Positions 13,201 through 22,966 of a stretch of 64,000 bases of DNA are shown here, one piece after another. The notes under the pieces were generated by a model. That model did not search any database. It was not told the origin of the DNA and was given only the letters and a program-made list of their open reading frames with translations. Within the stretch, counting starts at the first letter, position 1, and each line of letters starts with the position of its first letter. Both the position numbers and the translations under genes were made by a program. Source of the stretch: Lytechinus pictus (taxonomy: Eukaryota); NCBI RefSeq assembly GCF_037042905.1, contig NC_087245.1, positions 31,312,001 through 31,376,000 on the forward strand, given 5' to 3'.

Positions 13201-16200
13201 CGGCAAAGCCAGCTACCGTCATCCCTCACAGTCAATTAAAGAAGGCATGTGGACCTAAAATGTGGAAAAAAGTTCTTGAGGCATCAGAGAAAATGGTACT
13301 TGTATCACTTTCTCTCCCTCTCTACTAACAAGATAGGGGTATTGAAGATAAATGCCAGACGTGGTGACGATTTCAAAATGAGTTCTTACAGAATCCACGA
13401 AAATGACCACCTAAGTTTTTGTATGTATGAATTAAAGATGTGTCAAAAGATTCTGGAAGAAATGATATAATTGCTGAGAAATTAGTAAAATAAGCATGGG
13501 ATTCCAGCCAGATGTCAGGGTTTTTTTTTTGCCAAGCAATGATAATACATTGTCCCACATGGGTTTATCTTTGTTGGTGATCTTCCATGGGATTTATTTT
13601 CAGCTTGGATTTCAGGATTTCACAAAGTTTAGTTTTAGTAACTATCCCAATTCAAGATGCATGATATGTAGTTTCAGAGACTTTATCATTACATGTGGTG
13701 TCTACTGCAACTACATTCATTTGTCTTTAACAAAGGTACAGGATAGGAAATAATCTATATTTTTAGGGGCTATATTTCTTCCTTTTTTTTTACTTTCCAC
13801 AATGGGGTGATTTCAGATTTTTTTTTTTTTTTTTAATTTTTTTATTTGAAGGGCTACCTTTAGGGGTAAAAAGTAATTGTGCAGTAAAAGCAAATATTAT
13901 TCTTCTGCGACAGTTAGAATTTCTTGATAATTATTGATTTTCTTAATGATATTTAAATATTGTTTGGAACAGATCTTGGGGCAACTGTAGAAAGAATGAT
14001 CGCCCCAAAGCATGCATTTTGGGGGAATTTTAGGGGGCACTTTGGGCTGTCATGGGGGTCAAATCGCCCGTCGCCATCATGTATTTCCTACGTTGGGTGG
14101 TATTCTGATTACTCCTTGTTCTTCCCTGCGCCTTGGATTCATCTTTCAATTGGATACATGTATCGCCTTAAATTTCTCATTTCTTACTTGTGACTGGTGG
14201 TACATGTATGTATGTCTTGGGGAAAAAAGTGGTCAACCCACAGGCCTCTCATGATAATGGACGTTTGTGGTGCAAATATTCTGGAATGCACGAGTTAAAC
14301 CCTGTTTAATTCAAAATTGAGCAAGACTTTTAGTCCATATTTCTATGAAATGCTAGGTTTAATCTTACTTCTTCAATATTCATGGCAAAGAGTGTCCCGA
14401 ATAATCCATAATCCATAATAATCGTAGAAATCCATGAAAAGACAGTCCCATTTCCATGTTAGATTTTTATCAGGGATACCTGATGGGTGCATTACAAACC
14501 AGTGTTCCTTTTACAGTCTACTTTAAGATACCTTCCTCTACAATTCTCTTGACCAGAGCCAACTTTCTTTTTATTCAAAGAACATAATGTTCTGCACTAT
14601 GGATGTGTTCATGGTATGAAAACAATATCGAGTCTTCTTTGTTTTAACTGAATGTAGATACCATATTTTCAAGTAATTCAACCGCCGCCGTGAATAAACC
14701 ACTCCCCCAAAATCGGGGAGGTTAAAAAAAAAATTGGCAGACAAAAATAAATAATATATTAGGTTAGCCAACTTCACTTAAAAAATATATAAAGATCAGA
14801 AATGATATAAATCATTTTTGCAATTTTGTAAGTGGTAACTTCAACTTTAACTTTATTTTTCAATGAATATAAATTATTTCTTTGTTGAACAAAGTATAAG
14901 AAAGGAAAAAGTAAAAAATAAAAAAAGGGACAGAAAATGAGAGAAAAAAGGAGAAATAGTAATGAAGAATAAAGGACATTATTTTTTGCTTTTTAAAAAC
15001 CGATTACGATTATGGTCCATTACGATTGGTTTCGATTTCATGCATGTTATAGAGCATTTCCTATGAATAATCCGGGGAGGGGGAAAAGGGTGCGGTTAAT
15101 TTACCAGAAAATATGATAAGGAATAATATTACACATGATAGTTTACCATAATAGCAAAGTTAAAGCAGTCATAAGTCCCTTATGATACTGGTCCAAGAGC
15201 CTCTTTATTTGACTTTTTATCCAATATTGTAAGTTTGATCACAGATTTTGAAGATAAGAAAAAAATTACTGTTAATGTTATTTTTTTCTTCATATTTTGT
15301 TATTCTTATAGGTTGGTGAAGATTTGAAGATAAAGGAAAAATTCCTGTTGTTAATGTTCTTTCATATTTTGTTCTTGTTTTCAATTTTCATACATGTAGG
15401 TCGAAGAAGGCAAGTCCTCCAGTTCAAGCTCATCTCCAAGACGTACTCCAAGTAAGATGTTATAAATTTAACTTTTGCAGGGCTGCCAACTATTAAAAAA
15501 AAAACTCCTATGATTTTCATAGGTTGTACAGTGCACCAAATTTCTGTGCACTGAAATTGGTCTCACTTTCATTTTATTACTCTTTGAGTGAGGTTGTGTT
15601 CTGGGGAGCCAGCAAGAAGTGAACCTCATTTTTTTTTTGTCTTACCTGCATAGCAGAGTGAGACTATAGGCGCCGCTTTACCAACAACGGCGTCAACATC
15701 AAATCTTAACCGAAGGTTAAGTTTTTTAAATGACAGCATAACTAAGAAAGTACATGTATATGGACCTAGTTAATGAAACTTGGACATAAGGTTAATCAAG
15801 TATTACTTAACATCCTGCCTGAGTTTCAGGTCACATGACCAAATTAACCGTTCTTCTGTTTTCCCATTTTTACATATTTCATTGATGAATCAAAATATTG
15901 AAAAAATTACTGTTTTTCTGTTTTAAATTTCGAAAATGGAACCAATTTTCACTCAATATTTAATTTTTGCTTTTTTCCGTTTCGAAATCAGAAAAAACAA
16001 ATTGTCTAACAGTACCTTGATTTAGCAGCTCTGCTTGTGTTATCATCTATCAGCCTGGAGGTCCATACCTCCATAATCCCGTCTTACAAAGAGTTACGAT
16101 TGATCCAATCAATCTCAACTGTATGGAAATCCATTCACACCATAATTTTTTCTGCTTGAAATTTGCAAGATCTCCGAGTTGGTAAACAAAGAGAATCACA

Positions 16201-19200
16201 CTGAATCTTCAAGAGAATGATGAATACGGGTATATGACATTATTATATAGAAAATATTTGAACAAATTTGCACTTTAGATGTTGAAGTTGCTGGCCGTCC
16301 ATAGTTGTGATTGATCGGATTAATCGCAACTCTTTGTAAGACGGGGCCCATGACATACATGTACCATCAAGACAACACTCGAATTGCATAGGTGCCAATT
16401 AGTGTAGGACTGATTTTCAGTACCGTAAGTAACGGAGTATAAACCGCACCCGTGGATTAACCGCACCCCCAACTTTGGACTAAAAAATAAAATAAAATAA
16501 AATCATCACACTCTCTTTCTAAATCCTTCTCACATTTTATTTGAGGTACCAAGAAACGAAAACTAAGTTAAAGATTTCAAATTATCAAAAGAGATTTCCG
16601 GTATACGGAAATCTGCTGTTCTTGATCAAGTCAACTACAAATGATAGCAAGAAAGAAAGGTTCCGACATTATTGGCCACTTACACAATCACCTCACAGTG
16701 TACACACACAGCATGCACTGCCGTTCTTGTACATTGCAAAGTACGATACGGTACCGGTACATCACATCACGATATCATCAAATTATGCTAAAGCTACCAT
16801 GTCTTTCCCTGTGTAGGAAGAGGAAGAAACATTCACATTTCCCGCATCACAACCTCACTATCACTTTCAGAATTTGTCTAGCATTCAATGTCTTAGCATG
16901 AATTTTGGATACGGGATTACAGGAAGGTTCAAGAAACAAAGACATTGGCATTTTTTTTCAGTTGTTTTTTACGGCTTCGTGCCGTCTCTCGTGTGTGGTG
17001 GTGTCTTATGAAAAGCAAATAGGAAAGAAAAAAAAGCTGGCGCGCGCGGGCAGTAATTTAATCGTAATGGGACTTTGGGGGAGGGGAGGGGGTAAAATGA
17101 ATAGCGCCAGCTTAAGTCTTACTATAACCACAATACAAAGCATGCAAGCTTTCACTCTCGCTCGGCTGTGCATGTGACAAAATATTACCGAGTATGCTTG
17201 GCGTGTGTTTGAACTTAGCAGGGGAATTTCGCTGCTTTGAATCAATGACTTAAGAATAAAGTCAAAATTAGTGTCATGAAGGTAGGTGCGTTTGTTAATC
17301 AAACTTTTATGGACAATTCTTGATTAAGATCATAATAATCGCTTCCCATTACATGCGGCTAATACCCCTCTAAACGACATTACACTAGGTGGCTACGCCC
17401 GGCCACTCGATGTGTTGTGAACTGCATGGCAGACGTCTACGGTACATGTTCGGAAGGGGTTACGATGGGCTGCTAAAATTATTATTTTCTTGAGTCTTTC
17501 TCTAGCCTTGTCATCATAACAGACATCAAATATCATGTTAGCTATAGATATAAACTAAACCAAAACCGATTTCCCTGTGAATAACCTTCGTTCAGGGGGA
17601 AATGGACTTGGTTTTTCTTTTCAGACCGAGTCTGGCTCAGACCTATCACCGTGGATAAACCGCACCCCTGACTTTTGCTTCTATCCCGCCGAGAAAAAGG
17701 TGTGGTTAAGAGAGCTTTACTTACGGTAATTACACATTGTAATAATAATAATAGGCATTTGTTTAGCGCTATCTTTCTATAAGCAATCTATTCTGAGGTG
17801 CATTGTTGTTATCACCATGGCTATAGCTCGAGCTGTAAAATGAGAGAATACTGAAGTTTTCATGCAAAATACTGGTAGTTTCAGTTTTATGTGTTTGTCA
17901 TATGGTATTTCTGGCAGCTCTGAAATAGATAAATATTTACATAATATTGACTGGCCTTGAGGGGAACATCAAGTATGTCGCCCGCAACAGAATCATATTT
18001 GCCCGAGTCTTTAGACAATGGCAGTATGGTTCTTTTAAGGGCAACATATTTGATGTTTCCCGAAAGAAGAGCCAGTCAATATTATTATCATTACCTAAGG
18101 CTGTACAATGTGTAATTGAAGCTAATATTTGGAACAATTTATAAGCCTGTTAAACAGTGTTTGCTGATCACTACTTCTGATTCCAGGTTATTCACGAACT
18201 TAGCGAAGTAACCCTTAATAAGCAATTGTGACGTAAATTGTTACCTTGCAGTCGCGCATCATGCATGGCGCGCACATACACTTAACGCGTAGAAATATAC
18301 AATGTGTTGGTTCATAAACCGGTTCCAGCCAGATTTTTCAAATACTAAAATTAGCGATCAAAATCGGCTCCTACTACGCAAGCGCATTAGCAGAAATATG
18401 GCCAATATTGCCCTCTGTTTTGTACAGGATTCCTACGGGCAAAGCCTGGGTGGGCAACATGGCAAATGTTTACCTCGTTGGTCTTGGATTGAAAGTAGCG
18501 AGCGAAACATGACTTTTATTTATCTGCTAAAATGCCTTGTAAGGTAATAATTGTTTATATATTCTGTAGTGACCCTCATGGGAGTTTAAGCTTCGGTTAA
18601 ACAGCAGCAGAATGACAGTTCAAACGATAAAAATTTGGTCGATTGACAAACTACAATTTTTTTTTATAGAAAAGTACTTATTTTGGAGGTAGAGAATACA
18701 AATTTGCTCCTTCAAAGGGTTGCAGCTGTGACTCTGTGACTACACACGTACCCCCATTGGTGAAGTTCTTGCTTTACATGTGGTTTTAACAACTGAAATC
18801 CCTACATTTGACAACCTTTGCATCAACAAAGTAATTTTGCGTCTTGGTATTTTTTTTTAGGACGTGGTCGAAAGTTGCCGGCTTCATCAACTTCAGAAGA
18901 AGAGCCTAGTCCTGCGAAAAGGTGAGAAATTACATTCTTAAAGGGCAAGTCCTCTCCAAGATAAATTGGTTTGGATATAAATCAAATGATAGACCCAAAG
19001 GTCAGTCTTTACTGAATATCCCATATGGGCAATCCCATGAAATACGCACGTCAGACCCCCTAAACGTAGGACTTTCCGTGAAGGAATTGTCTCTTGTTCC
19101 CAAATTCATATGAAAGATTTATAATGCTCTCAAATTATCAAGAGTTGAGCAGTTAATGAATTGAAGTAAGTACAGAGAAACGAGGTTGACTATTTCATGG

Positions 19201-21487
19201 AATTCTGAAACTGTCGAAATAAGGACAAAAAGAATACCAACAAAGAGTAGGCTGAAATGCCCCCAAAACATTTCTTCAAGGCAAATGAATGTAATTGCAG
19301 TAAAAACTGATTTCTTGTCTGTAAAACCAAGATTAATTTTCACAATCCTATTTTAGACCAAGATCTGGGACAGTTGCATTAACGGAACTTTAGGAAATCA
19401 TGAAATCTCAAGCTGAAAAACAATCGCCTGAATATCACCAACACAGATAAACACTTGTTGGACAGTGTATTATTATTGCTTGGAAAAATGGCCTGACATC
19501 TGACTGGCATGCCGGGCTCATTAATTTTCAGCAATTTCATAATTTCTTCATGAATCCTTTGGCACATATTTTTTGTATTTATTTATACAGTGGTGCTCAA
19601 TTGTGAACCGCACCAGAAAAATGAACATATTTTAAGTGTTCAAGTTCTGCCATGTTTTAAATGAAGAGTTTGGTTGCAAAAGGGGTTAGGTCCACTCCAA
19701 GAAAATCAGTTGTTTTATTCTCCCATATTGCAATATTCATATGCGAAACTTAATTTTTACGATACCGTACCATGTGAACATAAAATAGGGTATAAAAGAA
19801 ATCCACCTGTCTTCATATTTTTTTTGATATTTTCCCAAAAAATTCTTTGTGGACCTAACCCCTTTTGATAAAAGAGTTATTTTTCTTTGCCATTTCAACT
19901 TTTCTTTGGTATCTTTATAGAGCTACTAAAAATCTATACATTGAGACCATAAAAAAAATCAAATTTGATGAAAAATGGTTCTAACCCCTTTTGCAACTGA
20001 GCTCTTCAAATATTCTATTGTGAAGTCAGGTGATGATATATTACCTTAAATATTGTATTGCCAAACATTGTAGTGGTGTTGTCTACATTCAACACTCATC
20101 ATGAAGAAGCGCATATTGTGAAGGGGTTCACTTACTTCTGAGCACAGCCATACATACAGACACTTGGACAAGGATTTCATTGGATTCTGTATGAACTCGT
20201 TTTTGATATCGTCATCACCTCCGGCATTTATCTTTTTATTCTTGATATTACCTTGCTCCAGGGGAAGAAGCATCCGATCACTGAAGTATGGACAGAGTTC
20301 CAAGATTGCCAAGAAGTCGTCAGATCCTGAAAAGAATACAGAGAAAGTAGAATGGGACAGCATCCTTGACAGTGATGAGGAAGGTGAACTGAAAACAAGG
20401 ATAAATGGTAAAAGGTTTTTTTTCTATTCTACGTTTATGGTTATTCAACTGTGAAAGTAGAATGGGAGAACATAATAGACAGTGATAATGACTGAACTAA
20501 AAAATGAGAAATAAGAAGTGAAAATATTGGATTTGTTCTCCAAGTAAAATGAATATGAAATTCAGAGGCTCGTATTCTGAACTCCACGTTAACTTACATG
20601 ATGGTATAAATCTATGGTTTAACTATGGATAGCCAATCTATCCATCAATCATAAAGAGAATGTGTTTCATTAAATAAATCAAAGGTTTGTCTATGCGATG
20701 CCTTTCTTTTCCATTAAAATCATCTGAAAGGAATGCCGTTGATATCAGAAAAAAATGGTTAAAGCAAAATTTTTACGCCTTTGACTTTCCATAATTTTGT
20801 AAACAAATTTAAACTCATATTGATTTTAAACCAGAGAAATCAGAATACAGGCTATTGGATTACATTGAGAAACGACATGTATCAAGAATAGGGATGTACA
20901 ACTGAACATAAAATAGGGATTTTAAAAAAATGCAAGATAAATTTGTATGGGGGGATACTGATTTTCCCAAATGCACAACGAAAATGTAATGACCTCTGAC
21001 AAAGTTTCAAGTTGTCATGTTTGCATTTTGAGGGTTTATATTGGTGAGGTATCTTTTGTACACATGTGTATGGAAATCAAGAAATCAAATTCTGTAATTT
21101 ATACATAATATTAAATCAGGAGGATAATATGATAATCTACAGTGTGTATTGAAGTCATATTAATCTTTGTTCTACTCTTCAGATTCTCTTTCACTATAAA
21201 TTGCATTTTTTTGTCCATCAGGTGACAAATCAATCAACACTCCTGTCATAAATGCCACCCTTGGAGAAATCCCAGGGAATATTCCACATCGAAAGCATCA
21301 CAAGAACCCTACACCAACAAAGAGAAGGCCGTGGTCTTCGGAAGAAGAGGAGGAACTGAAGCTTGGCATCAACCGCTTCGGGGTCGGCAAGTGGGCGGAA
21401 ATCAACGAGGCTTACTGTTTCAACAACAGGACAAACGTGCAGCTGAAGGACAAGTACAGGACAATGGTGAAACAAGGCCTTATTTAG
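1092..21487 (+). CDS. TERF: Telomere repeat-binding factor (TRF1/TRF2-like; TRFH + telobox Myb), 9 coding exons, ~427 aa
   Basis: join(1092-1239,5955-6196,7371-7469,10688-10834,13173-13295,15400-15451,18861-18921,20262-20407,21222-21487) = 1284 nt, all GT-AG, phases consistent. TRFH-like motifs GWIFDY, RTPLEIAL, LIKIQAV, PFLIE; telobox KRRPWSSEEEEELKLGINRFGVGKWAEI...NRTNVQLKDKYRTM. Confidence 0.92.
1500..2100. repeat. Purine-rich (GA/A) low-complexity tract
   Basis: Nearly pure A/G on +; source of spurious K/E/R and F/S/L ORFs. Confidence 0.85.
2777..3857. mobile_element. TTAA-flanked MITE (Kolobok-like), interrupted by a nested element
   Basis: TTAA|AGGTCAAGTCCACC ... GGTGGACCTGTCCT|TTAA; homologous uninterrupted copy, inverted, at 49234-49830. 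Confidence 0.75.
2945..3444. mobile_element. Non-autonomous element with a long terminal hairpin and offset short inverted repeats
   Basis: Hairpin 2947-3108; TTGTACAACGCCT (3110-3122) pairs with AGGCGTTGTACAA (3430-3442); absent from the 49234-49830 host copy. Confidence 0.7.
4128..4534. mobile_element. MITE
   Basis: TIR GAGGCGCTGGTC ... GACCAGCGCCTC. Confidence 0.6.
4720..4948 (+). mobile_element. 3' fragment of a Helentron-associated (HINE-like) element
   Basis: Same 3' end as 11137-12128 (GCAGGCGAGACTGCCAGAGGC...CACTTGTT). Confidence 0.6.
5139..5904. mobile_element. TA-flanked MITE (Tc1/mariner-pogo-like)
   Basis: TA|CTGTAAA...TTTTCGCG ... CGCGAAAA...TTTACAG|TA; subterminal CGCGAA motifs. 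Confidence 0.7.
5955..6196 (+). CDS. TERF: TRF exon 2 (TRFH)
   Basis: tttacag|GA acceptor; ...DLCYTRGDEAHRTPLEIALDNV...LRRLIKIQ; donor CAG|gtgaga. Confidence 0.9.
6820..7030 (-). mobile_element. Degenerate tRNA-derived SINE (same family as 36429-36708)
   Basis: Shared CCTCACCTGGGT...TTTCTTGCTGAAGGAAA segment. Confidence 0.6.
7043..7312. mobile_element. ~270-bp PIF/Harbinger-like MITE
   Basis: CAG|GGCCCCGTCTTACAAAGAGTT ... AACTCTTTGTAAGACAGGGCC|CAG; other copies at 9245-9517, 16078-16348, 51572-51835, partial at 24897. Confidence 0.8.
7371..7469 (+). CDS. TERF: TRF exon 3 (TRFH)
   Basis: atacag|GCC; AVLALLRARDTHSAKNLLTAFWPKQIKRSAEDK; AAG|gtaaat; 99 nt, phase 0-0. Confidence 0.88.
7504..8373. 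mobile_element. MITE with TIRs, interrupted by a SINE
   Basis: GACACCGTTCTCA ... TGAGAACGGTGTC. Confidence 0.65.
7712..8153 (+). mobile_element. tRNA-derived SINE (Nin/Deu-like central domain)
   Basis: A box TGGCTCAGTCAGTA, B box GGTTCGAGTCC, central GATAGGACGTTAAA...GCACGTTAAGAACCC...AAGAGTAGGGG, tail GGCGCTATACAAATG...(CAT)n. Confidence 0.75.
9245..9517. mobile_element. PIF/Harbinger-like MITE copy
   Basis: CTG|GGGCCCATCTTACAAAGAG ... CTCTTTGTAGGATGGGGCC|CTG. Confidence 0.8.
9700..10035 (-). mobile_element. RTE-clade LINE 3' remnant
   Basis: Minus-strand translation with stops/frameshifts: DRKDTSELMERLGLEESVVEVV..SGLRWMDHV..VKRAWNLEVDG..GRPK..DRMKW; (ATG)n tail. Confidence 0.65.
10688..10834 (+). 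CDS. TERF: TRF exon 4 (end of TRFH)
   Basis: atgcag|GAG; EVVTTLNAMIEGKKNKAFDAAHSHPKFCQSLIPILKQVHDRFKRPFLIE; GAG|gtcagt; 147 nt. Confidence 0.88.
11137..12128 (+). mobile_element. Helentron-associated (HINE-like) element with internal tandem repeats and a ~320-bp insertion
   Basis: 5' TTTTGTCT + CGGCGGCAGC microsatellite; repeated TAACTTAGAAAGTATATGGACCTAGTTCATGAAACTT units; 3' GCAGACGAGAGTGCCAGAGGCGCTCCACTTGTT. Confidence 0.65.
13173..13295 (+). CDS. TERF: TRF exon 5 (linker; possible RAP1-binding-like motif)
   Basis: ttatag|GTA; VIAKKKDIQTAKPATVIPHSQLKKACGPKMWKKVLEASEKM; ATG|gtactt; 123 nt. Confidence 0.8.
13335..14030. repeat. Dispersed repeat; inverted homologue at ~19250-19570
   Basis: CCAGCCAGATGTCAGG...CCAAGCAATGATAATACATTGTCC matches the reverse complement of 19460-19510. 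Confidence 0.5.
15400..15451 (+). CDS. TERF: TRF exon 6 (Ser-rich linker)
   Basis: catgtag|GTC; VEEGKSSSSSSSPRRTP; CCAA|gtaaga; phase 0-1. Confidence 0.78.
15637..15843 (+). mobile_element. 5' fragment of a HINE-like element
   Basis: TTTGTCTTACCTGCATAGCAGAGTGAGAC hairpin followed by the same repeat unit as 11137-12128. Confidence 0.6.
16078..16348. mobile_element. PIF/Harbinger-like MITE copy, opposite orientation to 7043/9245
   Basis: CCCGTCTTACAAAGAGTTACG ... CTCTTTGTAAGACGGGGCC. Confidence 0.8.
16423..17726. mobile_element. ~1.3-kb non-autonomous pogo/Tigger-like element
   Basis: TA|CCGTAAGTAA ... TTACTTACGG|TA; subterminal AACCGCACCC repeats. Confidence 0.65.
17943..18551. mobile_element. 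Hairpin + offset-IR element (second family)
   Basis: AATATTGACTGGC...GCCAGTCAATATT hairpin 17943-18083; ATTATCATTACCT pairs imperfectly with AGGTAATAAT at 18542-18551. Confidence 0.6.
18861..18921 (+). CDS. TERF: TRF exon 7 (linker)
   Basis: tttttag|GA; RRGRKLPASSTSEEEPSPAK; AAG|gtgaga; phase 1-2. Confidence 0.8.
19663..20007. mobile_element. Sola-like MITE
   Basis: AAAT|GAAGAGTTTGGTTGCAAAAGGGGTTAG ... CTAACCCCTTTTGCAACTGAGCTCTTC|AAAT; 4-bp TSD. Confidence 0.65.
20262..20407 (+). CDS. TERF: TRF exon 8 (linker)
   Basis: ctccag|G; RGRSIRSLKYGQSSKIAKKSSDPEKNTEKVEWDSILDSDEEGELKTRIN; donor ATG|gtaaaa (alternative same-phase donor after 20383, GAAG|gtgaac). Confidence 0.78.
21222..21487 (+). CDS. 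TERF: TRF exon 9 (telobox Myb domain, stop)
   Basis: ccatcag|GT; ...KRRPWSSEEEEELKLGINRFGVGKWAEINEAYCFNNRTNVQLKDKYRTMVKQGLI*. Confidence 0.93.
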
Positions 21488-22103
21488 ACAGATAAGAAAT
21501 GGACTATGATAAACTTAGGCCTCAGCATCAACTTGTTGTCTGGTGAGATGACTGCATGATGAATACAGGACAATGGTAATTCAATGTCTCCTAGATCAGC
21601 AACTAGTTGTCTGGCTAGTTTGTGAGACAGCAAGATAAGTCGACGAAGAAGATAACCAAGGTCTCCGCAGGAACTAAAAATCATCTGGCTTGTTTGTTAG
21701 ACAGCAAGACAAGTCAAGTATAGTGATATACCAAAGCCTCCACAGCAACTAGTTGTCTTGCTCGTTTGTTAGACAGCAAGGTAAATCAAGGACGATGGTA
21801 AACCAAGGCCTCTGCAGCAACTTGTCTTGCTTGTTTGTTTGACGGCAACATAAGTCAAGTACAATGGTAAACCAAGGCCTCCACAGCAACTAGTCTTCTT
21901 GCTCGTTTGTTAGACAGCAAGATAAATCAAGGACGATGTTAAACCACGGCCTCCGGAGCAACTAGTCATCTGGCTTGTTTGTTAGACCGCAAGATAAGTC
22001 AAGGAAGAAGATAACCAAGGCCTCTGCAGCAACTAGTCGTCTTGCTAGTTGGTAGAAAGCAAGATAAGTCAAGGACGATGGTAAACCAAGACCTCCGCAG
22101 CAA
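21449..22103 (+). repeat. ~72-bp tandem array (about 8 units) starting in the last TRF codons and running into the 3' UTR
   Basis: Anchor AGCAACTAG recurs at ~21529, 21600, 21671, 21746, 21818, 21887, 21959, 22030 and 22101. Confidence 0.9.
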
Positions 22104-22372
22104 AGTTTGAGATTTTACAATGTTCGTCACGAATACTGCACATCAATTTTCATGCACGATGATGTCACAATGACCTACTTGCATGATAGCATTTTTACAA
22201 TTGCTTTCATCAAAAATATTAAATGCCTAACAATTGACCAATCAGATTGCAGGTATTTTGATACCCATTCTATGATACGTCATATGTGTCGGCAGCAATA
22301 ATCTGTATAAAACGTTTGTCTTTAATGCTGTTTATTGATTGTTTTATTTCCGTGGAGCAATTGAACATACAA

Positions 22373-22378
22373 AATAAA
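22373..22378 (+). terminator. Candidate polyadenylation signal for TRF
   Basis: AATAAA shortly downstream of the stop codon and 3' UTR array; motif only, untested. Confidence 0.35.
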
Positions 22379-22966
22379 ATTGATTATCGGTAATGTTTCA
22401 TGGTAAAATCATGGCAAAGTCATTGCATAGGAGGGGACAGTCACTAGCACAAATGTTTGAAAAAGGTGCCCCTCATGTAGAAGGCTTACACTATATATCA
22501 TGTACAGTATCAACACGGGAATTTTGCTGCATGTATTAACAAATTGGTGTATTGCCAACAAAATATATATGTTTCATCGCAAGTATGTGATCATTTTTCT
22601 GTTAAACTGCATACCACTTCCTCACTATTGATCGACGTGATATGACTGAGATCAGGGCCCCCAGTAGCACAAAGTGTACCAATTGATTGCGGGGCTTCAA
22701 TTTACGATTGATCATGCACAATAATCAATGCAATCAATCATAGAAATCGGCCCCACTATCAATTGCTAAGATTTATGTTACGGGGCCCAGTGCCCTGTTT
22801 CATAAAAAGATTGTTCAATTAATCGTAATTGGAAGTCTATGGTAAACCATGTACAAAAAGTTAAAATCAATTGTAAAAATGTTACAATCAGTTGTAGATA
22901 TTGATCATATCTTTTAATGTTGCACCCCCTGGAAGTTAAGAATATTTTTCAATGCTGAAGCTAATA

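Noticed and set aside
13245..13250. GC-AG donor (AAG|gcatgt) for TRF exon 5
   Set aside because: The frame stays open to a canonical same-phase GT donor after 13295, which I preferred; unverified without RNA data.
21449..22103. CRISPR-like or coding repeat
   Set aside because: The whole ~72-bp unit repeats with no spacer, and in-frame stops occur in the TRF-like frame.
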